Positions 29,405-43,900 of a stretch of DNA of 64,000 nucleotides are shown piece after piece. The notes below the pieces were generated by a model, which saw only the letters and a program-made list of their open reading frames with translations, made no database searches and was not told the origin of the DNA. This DNA is from Schmidtea polychroa (Eukaryota). How positions within the stretch are numbered: the stretch's first letter is position 1; the number at the start of each line of letters is the position of its first letter. The position numbers were made by a program, and so were the translations under genes. The DNA lies in assembly GCA_044892525.1 (NCBI GenBank), contig CM097885.1:22384001-22448000 (forward strand), given 5' to 3'.

Positions 29405-32400
29405 ATGTACCAGACGAAAGATGGAAGAAATTGGAGTAAAATAATGTTGAATAATGCCGAAACAGAGATGTTATGGGATTCTGGAGCATCAGTAACAGTC
29501 ATGAGCAAGAGTTTGTGGGAGAAAATCGGCAAACCAGAACTTAAACGTAGTATGATATTATTGTGCGGAGTTTTTCAACTGGAGGTGAAGAAGCAATGGG
29601 ATACATGACTATACCGGCCATATGGACTCAGAAGACCAAAATAATCACAGTAGTAGTGGTAAAAGAGATCAAACCCGAATTCATAGGGGGCATTGATACA
29701 ATGAAAGAGTTTGGAGTAAAGTTAGTGAAAATCAATAATATAGAAACGTCATTGATAAACAAAATTTACACTGATGAAGAAAGAATAAATAAAGCACTAG
29801 TGGCGATGGCAGGTGAGAATAATAAAGATATTGAAGGAATGATCAGGGAATACGGCGGAATTTTTATGGCATCGAAATTCGATCTGGGATTTACAAACTT
29901 AGTTCGACATGAGATGCGGATAACAGGAGGCCCAATAATGCAACATCCTCGACGTCAACCAATGCACATAGAGAAAAGAATTGAAGAACTGATAAAAGAG
30001 TTAATGAAAGCAAATGTTATTCGATGTTGCAAGAGTCCTTGGAATGCCCCGTTAGTTATAGTAGGGAAGAAAGATGGATCTATCAGGATGTGTGTAGATT
30101 ATCGTGGATTAAATTCCATAACAGAAAAAGAGTCATTTCCTATGCCTAACACCAAATTCTTACTAGACTGTCTCGCGAATGCAAAAGTATTTTCGTCAAT
30201 CGATTTAGGTCAGGCGTATTATCAAGTGGAGTTGGCTCCAGAAATTCAAGAAATGACTGCATTCAGTACAAGAGACGGACAATTTTGCTTCAATAGACTA
30301 CCGTTTGGCTTAGCAACAGCTCCTGCGACATTTCAGAGACTGATGCACACAGTGCTAGAAGGAATGCTATTCAAGGGAGTAGTAGTTTATCTAGATGATA
30401 TCTTGGTATATGGTAAAAGTCAAAAAGACCACGATGAGATATTAAGGGAAATATTCGGAAGAATTCAAGTGGCAGGACTGAAGATAAATCCAGAAAAATG
30501 CAAATTCAATAAAACAGAATTGTGTTTCCTTGGTCACACAATTAACGAGAAGGGTATCCAGACAAACAGGAAGAAAGTGGAAGAGATCGAGAAAGCAGAA
30601 GTACCAAAATGTTCAAAACAATTGAGATTGTTTCTCGGATTAACGAACTACTATAGAAGATTCATCAAAGACTATGCCAAATTCGCCGAACCATTATACG
30701 CTGCAACATCTGGATGCGATAAAGATATAAATTGGACTAAAGAATGCAATGAGAGCTTCCAAACTCTGAAGAGACGGTTGTGCGAAGCACCTATCCTTGA
30801 TTTTCCAAGAGAAGATAGGACTTTTATCTTAGATACAGACGCTAGTTTCGGAGCCATTGGTGCAGTTTTGAGTCAAATTACAGAAGATGGAGAAGAATCT
30901 GTCATAGCTTATGGCTCGAGACATATGTCATCACATGAAAAGGGATACTGTGTAACCAGGAAAGAACTGCTCGCCGTACATGAATACGTCATGCATTTTA
31001 GAGAATATCTGTACGGAAAAAATTCATAATTCGCACCGACCACAAGGCATTGGTTTTCATGAACACTACAAAAACGCCAATCAGTCCGCAATTTCAAACA
31101 TGGTTAGCTAACCTGTCGGAATATGATTTTGAACTAAAATATCGGAAAGGCGAAGAACACTCAAATGCAGATGGACTATCAAGATTAAAAAGTATGGTTT
31201 GCACCCAGTGTCAAACAAGACATGAAGAAGCTAAGGAAGGAAAATCAAAGATTATATATATATATATATATACTATCCAAAGAATAGAAGCTATGGAAAA
31301 AGTATGGGAACAACAACAAAAGGACATTCGGTTTCGAGAGCTACGAGAGATATTGGAAAATGGATGTACACGGGAGAAAAAGAATTGTTTTCCTTTTAAC
31401 GTAAAAAATACACAAATTGATGGAGGATTAATAACAGTAGAAAAGAACAAAAATATCTTAATGTTAGTCCCAGAAACATTTGCAGGCCTGTTAACAACAA
31501 CGCTACATGAAGAACTATGTCACATTGGAGTTAAGAAATTATTTCATTATATGGAAAAGATATTTTATTGGCCGAAAATGCAAGAAACAATCCAACTCTG
31601 TTTACAATGTTGCGAGATCTGCGCTAAGAGAAAGATCGATCAGACAAGAACCAAGGAAACATTTATTCCTAGATATAGCTCTGAATTCCCAGAACAGATT
31701 GTTATAGATGTGGCTTACATGGAAATAAACGCCATAAAAAAATATATGGTAGTAATGGTGGACCGTTTTAGCAAGCTGATTTCTTTAACTGCAATCACAA
31801 AGCAAGACGAAGGGACCATTTTCAAAATAATACTTAATAGTTGGATCTATCGATTTGGAAAACCGAAGAGTATTTTAACAGATAGAGGCCGAAATTTCGA
31901 AGGGAATTTCCTAAGACAGAAGCTACAGAAACTTGGAATCAAACAGGAATTCAGCTCACCTTATCAGCACCAATCAAATGGTTTAGCCGAAAGAGCCATA
32001 CGAACGATAAGAGATCTTATTACAGCAACATTGGCAGGCGGATGTGAAGAGAGAAACTGGCACGAACTTCTACCCAGAATAGAGTTCACTATAAATAGCA
32101 GTCGACAAAGTGCTACAAGTTTATCACCATTTGAGATAATTTATGGATGGAGTGTTAACCTACACTCTAACCTGAAACAAGCCGAGATATCAAGAAGCGA
32201 ACGAATCGAAGACGCGAGATTTAACTCGAGTAAAGCCGCAGACACTATGAGAGCTATGGATAAGATAAAGAGGGGCACTCGTGTTTTCGAGGTGGGGGAG
32301 GAGGTACTCGTACGTAAAGAGCCGCAGAACAGGCACAAGGATGGTATGCAATACGATGGCCCATATAAAATCGCCAGATTTCTATCACCTCATCGAGTCG

Positions 32401-32468
32401 AACTACATTCACAAGAAGGAACGAAAGAAAGAAGAATCGAGTGGCTGAAGAAGTGGAAAAGGTCTTAA
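29405..32468 (+). CDS. pol: Pol polyprotein (PR, RT, RNase H, integrase), split by two 1-nt homopolymer deletions
   Basis: LWDSGAS (PR); RMCVDYRGLN, LPFGL, YLDDIL (RT); DTDAS, ELLA (RH); HHCC, TDRGRNF, SNGLAER, YDGPY (INT). Shifts at ~29571-29575 (T5) and ~31017-31022 (A6). Confidence 0.93.
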
Positions 32469-35400
32469 GAAAGGGAGAGTTAGATATCTTGTTGTTTTAA
32501 TAATTAGGAATTAGCGGTTTTTGTGAATTAATTAAAACTTGTTATTTATAAATTCTTTGATTAAATATATATTGTTAGTTTCAAGATTTTTGCTGCAAAT
32601 TTAAAGATGGATCTAAAGATGGATTTAACTGTTTAGAATGATTGACCATCATCCCTGGTAGAAAGTAAATGTGTGTTGCCCTAGTCGGCACCCAAAAATG
32701 GTTTTTATTTAAAAATTTGATGCTTATGTTAGATGACAAAGGCAGGCCCATTAACACATTTGTCCTAATATAGGACTGGGCCAAACAAATTCAGGGTGAA
32801 TGTATATAACGAAAGTGCTAATCAATTGAACAATTCAGATGGATCGTACAACCAAAATCAATCAATCACTTATACAGAATTAACAATCTAAAAGACTTCT
32901 TGTGATGTCAAAGAACACAAAATATACGCACGCATCTATCTGATAAATAAAGTCATTTACCAATAGAAGCTTGTCATTTTAGATGAATATTATTTTATTT
33001 CAATAAACATTTATTACCAGACTTTGTTGTTAATTGAAAATTTATATATAAAAACCAGTAAGGTGAGAATCTCAAATAGTGAGACCTCAACCCTTATTTT
33101 AAATAGAAAATCTTTGTTTAACTACGTCCAAATATTCACTGTTTATCCTTGCTTATTTTATATAACCAAATTAATGATTGAAGGAAAAAAAATTGTTTAA
33201 TTTTATTGAATGAATTCAAAATAAAAAGAAAAACAGGGAAACCGTTAGGAATATCAACTGAACATTTGAGCAGGAAACCATTAAATAACCTACGATACGA
33301 CGGAGTCCCTTTTGGTAGTGAACAATAATTATAAGGGGCTAATAACAAACAATGAAAGGTTCTAGAAAAACGACATTTGCATCAAATTGACAAATCATAA
33401 ACTTTGAGAAAAGGTTGCAGAATAGCATTAAGAACAACCAATATAATCATCGGATCCAAGTCTGCTTTGAGCTTCCTTTATACAAAACAAAGATTAATTT
33501 CTTGATTAAATAAAAAAATATTTGACAAAAATGGAACTTATAAAACAATTAATAATATCCTACGCCTTATTGGGTTGAATTAAACGATTTGAACAACTTC
33601 ATTATATACTGACTCTATATAATTAACCTCTATATTCACCACCGTTGACAAGAATCTACTACCTACAGAGAAGTCTCGAAGCGTTCCTTGCAAGTACTTT
33701 TCATTGCACATATATAATGTTGAAGGGTTTTAGGCATTTAAATTGGATCTTGAAGGTCTATGTAAGCTCGGATTGCTTAATTAAGTTGAACAATGAAATC
33801 AATAGACTATTTAAAGAAAAAACCGGTAAAAGGTAAACAAAATATGAAGGATTTAACTGAAAGTATTTCAACATCAAGTTTTAAATAATTTGATGCCTCA
33901 AAATGAACAAATCATATAATAAAAAATAAAAATTGAGTTATTTGAGAAAATATCAAAAAACCCTCAAAAGTGGTCCAATATAACAAAATGGTAAGAAAAT
34001 ATATTCAAGATATGAACTTTGGAATTCCTCTTAGTCCTTCCTGTTTCAAGCTTCACATTCAAATGGAAATCATAATAAAGTCTACCAATTATTAAAAAAT
34101 CCAAACCTTGTAAATACGATAAAAGGAAATTCAGAGAACCAATCATATGGCACACTTACATTTTCATGAAATTGAGAAGGGCTATCTCATACTTGAACAT
34201 TTTTTTCATTTGTATTAAATATATTATTCGCAGTAAAAGGCTTGAATTATCATTTAATTGATTTGTTTTCTTAATAAACACAAATTTTAAGCATTTCATT
34301 TTTCGAGTGTTTAAATTAGAAATAAATGCTTTTACTGATAACTTAAATTTTGACACTTCAAAGCAAATTTATGGTCGTAAAGTCGATCGGTGGCTGTTTA
34401 GGTTTAAGTTATGACGAGGAAGGCTTTAATTCAGTAAGTTTGGTCACATTTATTGTATTTTACCAATTACAATTAATTTTATTTGTTTACCAATTCAATG
34501 AATAACAAAAGCTCTCGGTTAATAACGATAATATAAATAAATTAATATTAATAAAATGAAACAAAGGAAAACCAAATTTATTTAAAAATAATTTTTTTAT
34601 TATATGTTATAATTAACCAGCAAATAACTAGACTAGGACTTATAACAGTAATATGTGGAAAATTTACAAAAATTTATTAAAAAATGAAGTCTTGTTTCAA
34701 AATTGTGAATGAAAATATTGTAATACAAAACCAAATAATCTAAGACGAAATATTTTGTATTTACATAATTTTTTAATATTTAATTAAAACAAAATAAATA
34801 TGCTATATTATCATAATTCAGTAATTCTCTACCTGTGATCCCCAAAAGGAGTCAACTGATTATTTACCAGACAACTCTGGAAACCTTCAGAAATTTAATT
34901 TATATAAATATTGTTCAAAGCAATAAAAAATTTGGAATACATGGCGCTCCTCTCTTTCCAGAGTTTACTTTTATACATTTTTGAGAAGCAACTATTGGGT
35001 TATAATTATTTGAAATCTTTTGGTCGATCATAACATTTTAATTATTAATTATTATATTAATTATTATATTAATTATTATTATTAATTTAATAATTATTCT
35101 CAACACTTCCCATTTCCACCGATCAATATTAGTTTTCAATTTCTATAAATTTTTAATTAATTTTTGCACTTTTATTATTTTTATGTTTTTATTGATTTTT
35201 ATTGTGCTTTTGTTTTATATTGTTGGTTACTTGGGGGTGTGTCATTTTAAATTTTAAATACGTTAAAGGTAATCATAGGTATTCACTCGACTCTTTCCTA
35301 AGCGCCTCCATGACTATTGTACTTTTAACCATTTGTCTACCCATGGCGACGACCAGGTGAGCTCTATTGTTAAAACTACTCCCCATTGTATTTTCTCTTC

Positions 35401-38276
35401 GGGTTCTAGACGGCCGATAGAAGGTCTTACGTCATTAATCATTTTCTATTTTCACTTTCCACTTTTCTATTTTATTCAGCTATGGTCCTCATTTCTATAT
35501 GTTTCCTATTGTTATTTCTTCAAAATTTTGTGCCGGGATGCGCCCTTATTTTTCTGTCAGAAATAATTATGTGTTTTCTATAATACTTGTCGATAATTTA
35601 TTTTCCAGTCGATAAATGTCGTTCCATATTTTCGGCGGTTCTTGTGAAAAATGTAACCCAGTTCTTTAAAAATTTTGAGTAGGGGTCTGCCCTTATTCCC
35701 AAGTTAATACACATGTTTCCACACTCCTTATAAAAAATTGAGCAGGGATCTGCCTGTATTTAATCCTGAACTATCGGATATCTTAACTATTCGTGGTTTC
35801 TATAAAATTGCCTAAACCTACTTCATCTACCGACAACAGTTCATAACTATCCTATTACTTCTCCTAACTCAGTGATATCTACGAAAATAAACGTGGCTGG
35901 GCCGTCCTATACTATCTAAATCTAAACAAGGCCCTAAACTATCTCAAATTACCTTTACTATCTTAAATTGTTCATATCCCTATCTATATCCTCTAATCCG
36001 ATGGACCAAACTGACGAAACATCTGCTTACCAACGACATGAATGTCATCAGCTCACAACTATTCCGCTGAATCTAGAGCATCGAATCCAACTACCATTAT
36101 CATTAAAATTATAACCAAGTCAAAATAAATAAAATATTTACTATTAAAATGTTAATGAAAATAATTTCTATTCAAAATTTTATTAATTTATAAAATTATA
36201 TAACAGTACATTTAACAAACAACAAAAAAAATAAAATACCAATATAAATGAAAAACAACTTCAATTTAAAAATTTTATTATTTCAAAAAAAAAAATTAAA
36301 TAACATTAAACTTAACAAAATTTACATCTAACAAAAAAAAATCAAAATTAATCTCACCGCGATGGCATATACCGAAAATTGAGAGCTCCTGATAACGTCT
36401 GGTAAATTTCTGATTGAAAAAGTTTTTAAACTGAAATTTCAATCCGTATTTATACTGATTGAATTATACGCCTACGCATTCTCTGCTAATATATCCAATT
36501 AGAATGCGAGGCAATTCTGATTAATTTTTGCATGCATGCGTGAATGTGTGCAATTATTTATTTTTAAATTTAATTAATTTAATTAATCAAAATTCTAATT
36601 TTTATTAATTTTTAAGATTTATTTTTAAAAATTCTATAATTTAAATAGTTTTTGCGATTTTAATTTAGTTTTATAAGTTTTATAATTTAAACAAGTTTAG
36701 TTAATTTTATTTCATTTTCATTGATTTAAACAATTTGATTTTATAAATTTTTATAATTTATCCAATTTTACTACTTTTATTTTACTTTTTATCATTTAAC
36801 CAGTTTACTAGATAATTTATTTTAAATTTTAAATTTATTTATTTAGAAATTTTTCATATTATTAATTAATTTGTTACCCATTATTTTATTTTTTTTGTTG
36901 TTAGCTATTCCGAATACGATGTTTTCTCCTAATTGTGTTAGTGATCGTGACTTTTTTTTGCGTTCCTTTATTTTATTACTCGGGTCTTATTTATCATCAA
37001 TGTGTTATGTACTTTAATTTGTATTGATTGGTGTCTTAATTTAACTTGGTGCGATTTTTATGTTATATATTTTTGATTCATTAAAACAAGCTCCCAATTC
37101 TCGGTTCTAGCCCAACAAATCACTCCGGGACCCGTTAAAATTGCGTCCCGCAATTCTGTTAGACATATGAATTTCCCAGGTCATAGTCTATTACATTTCC
37201 ATTAACCTATAAACATACTATAATAGTTTAAGACATGTTAGAATTCAATTAGCAGAAAAAGGTCTAAGCTAAAATTCAAGCAGTTGCCACATACAGTGAC
37301 TGGTCATAATACGCATACTGATACAGTGTCCAAACTGAAGTACAAGTCACATGCAAAAGTTTTATTTCTGGATCAATTCATCAGTTGGTTGTTTCTCTCG
37401 TTTCTGGGTTCGGTTTTCGATCTTTCGGCTTGGTTGTGTAGGCATGTTTGATTCTTGTTGTTGATTTTCATAATCAGCTCGTAATATTTACTGAAGATCA
37501 TGGGATTTCTCTATCAGGATTTGACTGTTTTCCGGGATTTTATTTGAATTTTTAGGCTGGGATTCTGGTTTTCTGGATCATTTGATGGTATATGACAGAC
37601 CTTGCTCAAGGGTCTTCGGAACATTTGTTTAACTGGGTGATTTGACACATTGATTTTTCTTTTGGTTTTTCTCGGTGGTTTTGTTTACGGTATTGCTCTT
37701 ATTAAGGGATTTTCTTTCTTTAATGGGTAACTCAAATTATCTTCGATTTGGGTCTAAGTTCGCTTGATTTGATTAACTTTCCAATGTCACTGGGTCTGTG
37801 AATTTCGTCTCATTTATCATAATCTTTTACCGTTCTTTGTTTGGGGGTTCCAAATTAGATATTACTTTTAGATATTCGTTTAACTCATTCTTTCCGGGTT
37901 TGCACTTTTATCTTTCTTTTGGATTTATATTCTTTCTTCTCATTTGAGCCTCTGTTCTCCTTTACCATTGTAAGGGTTCAAATTTAGTATTTTCCCAACT
38001 GATTACTTGATCCATTTCCATTTTAATTACTTATACATCGATCCTTTGCTACATTATATATCAATTTATACCTATACGTCTAATACATTTAGTTTGCTAT
38101 TTATACATCAATTTTTACATATGTACACTTCCTTTTTACTATTTTCATCTACACTTCCTCTTTAATTTCCACTTCATCCTTTGCACTACCCTTCTTCTTT
38201 TCCTTGGCCGTCATCATTTGTGTCTCTGCTGCCATATCTTTGCATTTCTCTCGATTATCCGTTATTTCATTGATTC

Positions 38277-40702
38277 TTAATTCGGCTGACCTTCTTCTTT
38301 TAGTGTGAGTATCGTTGTCTTTAGTACTTCATTTTCTCTTGTTTTGTTTTCTGCAACTTTTCTCCATATCATTATCGATTCATCCTGTCTCGTTTCTTTC
38401 ACAACCAGTTCCATTATTAACCTACACTGTTCCACACATTGTCTCCTCAATTCCTCGTATGCGTTGGGTTTTACCTGTTCCTTCACGTCATGTGTCCGTC
38501 TGTTTACATTTGTCGACTGTTGTTTTATTAACATTGGAGATTGATGTTTTCTAATTCCTGGCTGATAAATTCTGTTTTCGACATATTTTTTATTGTTCTG
38601 TTCTGTGACGTATTCTCGTGACTGATTTCTCCCTGAATTTGTCCCATTCGGACAGTTATTGACCAAATTTCCAGTTCTTTTACATTCGTAACACCTTTTT
38701 ATGCGGCGACATTTATTTTTCTGTGCTCATTTTTCTGACAATTCCCATACGTCTTATCGAAGAACCGATAGCGCTCATTGTGTCCTTGTTGTTGGTATTT
38801 GTTCCAGTAATTGTTTGTACTCGCGTCCCTTTCGATATTTGGCTCGCACTCGCTTTCAATTTTTAACGTGTTTATGTCATGGTACTTTTGCGTTTTTAAA
38901 TTATTTTGTTTTTCGTGATTTTCGCCATTCTTTGATTCGCGCTTTTCCTGGATTGCTGCAATTCCAACCTGACTATCAATGCCGGTACAATCTCTCTGAT
39001 TGTCCTCAAATGTTTTGATGTTCTGATGGTCTAATATTACATGTTCCATTTTTTCAATTATTTCGCTTTCGATCCTTGTGTCTGGAATTTTTTGTAAATC
39101 TACTTCGTTGCTCGTTATCATTCTCATCATATTGATTTGTATTACTCTTTTTTGTTCTCTTTCACACATTCATTCTATCTTTTCCCTCTGGCTGTCGTTG
39201 GTGGCTAATCTCATTATATCCATTTTTAAAAGTTCTTCCTTTCTCGTTCTCCAATATTCTTCTTCTCTTCTTGCCTGAGGTTCTTTTCGTCTACTCCATC
39301 TTTCTTCCGCTTCTCGTGCTTCCGCAATCTGTAAGGTATTCCATTCTCGTTGTTGTTTTGTTCGGATATTTTGAATTTGTAACGTGTCTCCCACACATTG
39401 CAATACATTTATTCTTGATTGTTTCTTTCCTTCCACTTGAAACTGATAATCGATCATGTTACTGTACAGTCCTGTGAGAATTGTTATTTTATTTTGCATC
39501 TCAGCTAGTTGCTTTGCTGACGTATTCCTATTGTCACTCCGTTGTTGGTTTCTTTTATTCGTACATGCAACTGCTAGATGGTCTCCTTGTCCACACGAGA
39601 AACATTTTTTGGATACTCCACATCTTACTGCGGTATGTCCTTTCCTATCGCAATTCCAACATCTTCTTTGCCCATGACATTCGTCGAGCCAGTGTCCTTG
39701 TCTCTTGCAGTCATCACAAAACTTTCCAATATTTCCATTATTCGACCTCTTGCTTTTGTTGTCATTTTCGTTTCTTCGATTATTGTTGTTATGACTCCAC
39801 TATCTGTGGTGTTGGGGTTGATTATCTGCAATATGCCTCCTAGTTGGTGGTTGTGTTACTTTGGTGTACATTTCACATACATTCGCTGCCTCTACTGCTT
39901 CGTCCAGCGTCTTGCAGATTTTGCATCTGACTACACCTTTAATGTCATCTCGTCGCAATCCTTTTACAAATTGGGTTACTAGTTGTGTTTCCATGTCTTT
40001 TTCACTGAACACCGGTTTAGCTAGACGTCTTAGTGCGCTCGCATAAAGTATATTTGATTCATTCACTGCTTGTCCTCGATTGAAGAATTCTAGAAATTTG
40101 TGTTGTGCATCTTTTACTTCTCCAAATGTTTTTTATCAGAGCTTCCTTAATTTCTTTCCAGGTTTTCAGTGGGGTTGTACACTCTTTTATTCCGACGTAC
40201 CAATTAAACGCGTCGTCTGCTAGATATAGTGGGAGTCTTCTCACTATCATTTCGGTGTCCACTTTTGGGCATCGCAATAAGATTCAAAATGTTGGATGAA
40301 GTTTAATAGTTTGTTCGGTTTTCCATCGAATTTTTCGCCATTATATTTTCCTTGGAAATTGAGTATCTCCATTTCACTGAGTCTCTTGTTGATCGCTTCC
40401 ATTTGAGCAACTGTATCTGCCATCTCTAATTGTATTCTTTTTCCGTTTGTCTTTTCTTTTATTAGGTTTATGTCACTTTTATTATTTCTGTTTTTGGATA
40501 AAGTTTTTCTTTCCTGAGGTTCTGATACGCGTAATACGCTTCTTGACCTATTGTTTACGAAAATCTTTTCACTACTTTCTTTTAGAGATCGACTTTTGGT
40601 TTTTGAGATGTCTCTTTGATTTTTCTTTTCCATTTCTTGTGCTTGTGTGGGTTTAATAGTTCGTCTTCCTTTCTTTGCAGTTTTTAATTCTTCTTCCTTC
40701 AA
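38277..40702 (-). pseudogene. Degenerate retrotransposon Gag-like polyprotein with two separated pairs of zinc knuckles
   Basis: EKFDGKPNKLLNFIQHFESYC, YLADDAFNWY, TWKEIKEAL, QFVKGL, TLDEAV; knuckles CWNCDRKGHTAVRC / CFSCGQGDHLAVAC (~39570-39660) and a degenerate pair at ~38650-38750; many frameshifts. Confidence 0.7.
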
Positions 40703-40863
40703 TAAACTTGGTATTCTTTGCTATTGGCTCAATATTTCCGAACTTGGCTTAATTATTTGGCGATAACTTCTGGTTGATTGTTGGTACTTGGCTGTTGGCT
40801 TGATTGATTGATTTACCTGAATAGAAAAATATCACTTCTACCTATCGTTTATTATATTTATAA

Positions 40864-40983
<120 letters not shown>

Positions 40984-43900
40984 GTGCAATTGCAATATTT
41001 TTGCAATATTTATTTCCTCGGTACTTTTGTTTACACATTGGTTCTCAAATTCCTACGTAGTTTTCTCTATTATTCGCATCTATTATTCATTTCCCTTGAC
41101 TCTCTTTGTCCTCTATTTTTCTGTCTACCAGTTATCTTATCAATTTAGTCTTTAAGCTCTAATTGTTTCTCTTTACTTCGCTCTGTCTTTTTTTATTTAC
41201 TTGGTCTTCTTTTTATTTCTCCTGCATGTTTCTTTTAACTACTCTTCCGGATTTTCCCCACTCTCCTGACTCCGGATGCGAAACACTCGCACTGGTCGAT
41301 CTCCGATCGTGTGGTGATCAGTCACACTCAGAAATGTTCCAGTATATGCGATGGGCCCTGTTACACATCTTTCGTCAGGACAGTTGGTACTTTCCTGCGC
41401 CTTATCCGCACTTTGCTAAGTTTAGCTCATGGGTTGTGTATTTCTTAAAACAGAAAATTTTGCCCTATTTATTTGCTCGCAATTTTCGTAATACCTTTAT
41501 TCTCATTTATACGTCATGCCCTTAATTTACTTGTCTTGGTTACACTTGGTTATTTTTTTTATTACTCTAAATATATCCATTTTTCTTACTTGGTTAATGT
41601 TTTATTGCTGTCGCTTTTACTCTCACTGTTTCGGTTAACTTATTTCTCGTTAATATACTCGATTTCCTCAGGCAGATCCCTCTCGCATCACTCGTTAATA
41701 TTTGTTTATCCATTTTATTCGTTACCCTTCTATTCGTTGATGGTTTATTTATTAAACATCCCTGCACAATTTTGTAATTTATCACGCTTCCGTATTTGTA
41801 TGTTTTCCCAAACTTTGATTCTTTACGTTCCCCTTGTAACATTTTTTTTCTACAATGTTTTCCGTTATCTTACCGCTCCCGCGCTTTGTTCATTGCTTTT
41901 TGTGTTGATGTCTATTATTGTGCAAATTGTTATAGATTTTGTTTTTAACTTATTTCCGTATCTGTATACTACTTACCTTTGACTCTTAACCTTGCTTATT
42001 TGTTTATTCGTTCATTACGTCATTTTATTGATCATCTATATATACTTATACATATACTCTTATCCATACACATATATTCATATACACATATCCACCTATA
42101 TCCGGATATCTACATCTATACTCATTTCTCCCTAGCTGTTCCTGTAGTGGTTGATATTATTGCTTCTATCATTTCTGAATTTATTCAAATTTATTATTCA
42201 AATTCCCACAATTGTAACTTTTTGTTTCGTAATAAAAGTAGACAGTCCGTTCGTTTTTCATTATTGTAACTTTTTGTTCCATAGTAAAAGTAGGCAGTAT
42301 GTACGTTTTCCATAACTAAAACTTTTGTTAGATGTTTCTAATTGATCTCATTTTTGTTAGCGTCCCTTGTTATTTTAATTGACCGTGTCGTGATGTTAAG
42401 CTTTCACTTTTGTTCTATTTTATTGTATCGTGTTTCATTTTATATTTGTCACTTCTCGCAATTTTGATTTTTCATTCAAATGTCTTTGTCCTTGCTTTCC
42501 TTCTGTGAATTTGTTACTTGTTGTTTCCTGTTTGTTCATTTCGTTTTGTGTTTTCCTTGTCATTTTTATTGTGTTTATTTGTTCACATTCTATTTTGTTA
42601 TATGTTCGCTCTTCATTTTCTGTCAATCATGTTTTTGTATAATTTTTTCCGATTGTTCCTATTATTGCTCCTGTCCATTTTGACTTTCATCTTGGTCTCC
42701 CGTTTGTTGTTATCTTAGTTTGTTCTCATTTTTCTTCCGCGTCTTCGCCAAATGACGTCCCCTACATTCATTATTTGATTTATTTATTATCTTGTGTTCT
42801 CTCGGTTCTCAGTATTTTGTTCTCGTGTCCTCTCTACAATATTTGCCAAACATCCATTTTCCCTGATTGATTTTCTTTACTCTTCAATAAGCGAAGATAT
42901 TAATATTTTTGATTTTTCGCGTTATTTTATCTTTGTTTATGGTGATCGCTCCTCTAATTTTATTATATATTATTTTGATTGGGGTGTATACACCGATATA
43001 TACAATTATTTATATGCAATTAGTCCTCTTTTTTGGCACTCAGTTCTGCCATTACCATCTCTTTACAATGTAATGACCATGCTTAAAGTTCGTTGTTTTC
43101 TCTGTTACACAAAATACAGATGCGGTGTTTTATTGCTCATTCCACCTCCCTCTCGGAATATTTTACTCCTCATCTTATAGCAATTTTCTATGAATACTAT
43201 GCTGGATTTGTTTAACTATTTGTACTTCATCTTCAGCTCCCTGCATTTTCCTTTTTCCGTTTCCTTTTACGTCTGATATTATCCGTTACATTCTGACCAT
43301 ATCTTCTCTCCTTGATTTCCCCAGCTATTCTTATTAGTTCATTTTCTTGCATTTGGCTTTATAATTTAAGTTGTTCTATTTCTCTTCACTTTAGTTCAAT
43401 TTTTCTTCTCTGGTCCTTGATTATTCTCTCACGAACAAATTCATTGTTCAAACTTTCGATTGGATTGTCCCTCCATGAGATTCCTTGCTTCTGTATAGCT
43501 AATGTTATTTACGATAGTATGTCAATTTTCTGCTTCCACATTTCTCCCGTGGTGGTCTTGGGATTGATTTCCACTGTGATCCGTTTCATTCTATTAATTT
43601 ACCTACATTGATTCCTAATCTTCTATCTGAATTTTATTTCATTTTACTTCCCGAAGTTATATACTAATTATACCGCGCTGATATATACATATATTTTTAT
43701 ATAATCATATACATTTATATATTCATTGTTCACACTATATACAATCATAACCCTTTCTATGTACGTGGGGTTCGTAAGTCGTGATGTTTTTCCGATCGCT
43801 TCCCCCTGTTCTTAGTTTAGCGTTCTATACTCTTTCATTTACTGTATATTTCAACCGTCTGGTTCTAATTGTTTCCCATTCTCTATGATATCGTTGTCCT

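Larger units (their letters stand above)
27922..32630 (+). mobile_element. Full-length Ty3/Gypsy LTR retrotransposon (4.7 kb)
   Basis: LTRs 27922-28073 and 32478-32630 (AGTTA...TAACT; 2 substitutions and 1 indel); TSD GTTTA; PBS TGGCGACT overlapping the last LTR base; PPT AAGAAAGGGAG; order gag-PR-RT-RH-INT. Confidence 0.97.
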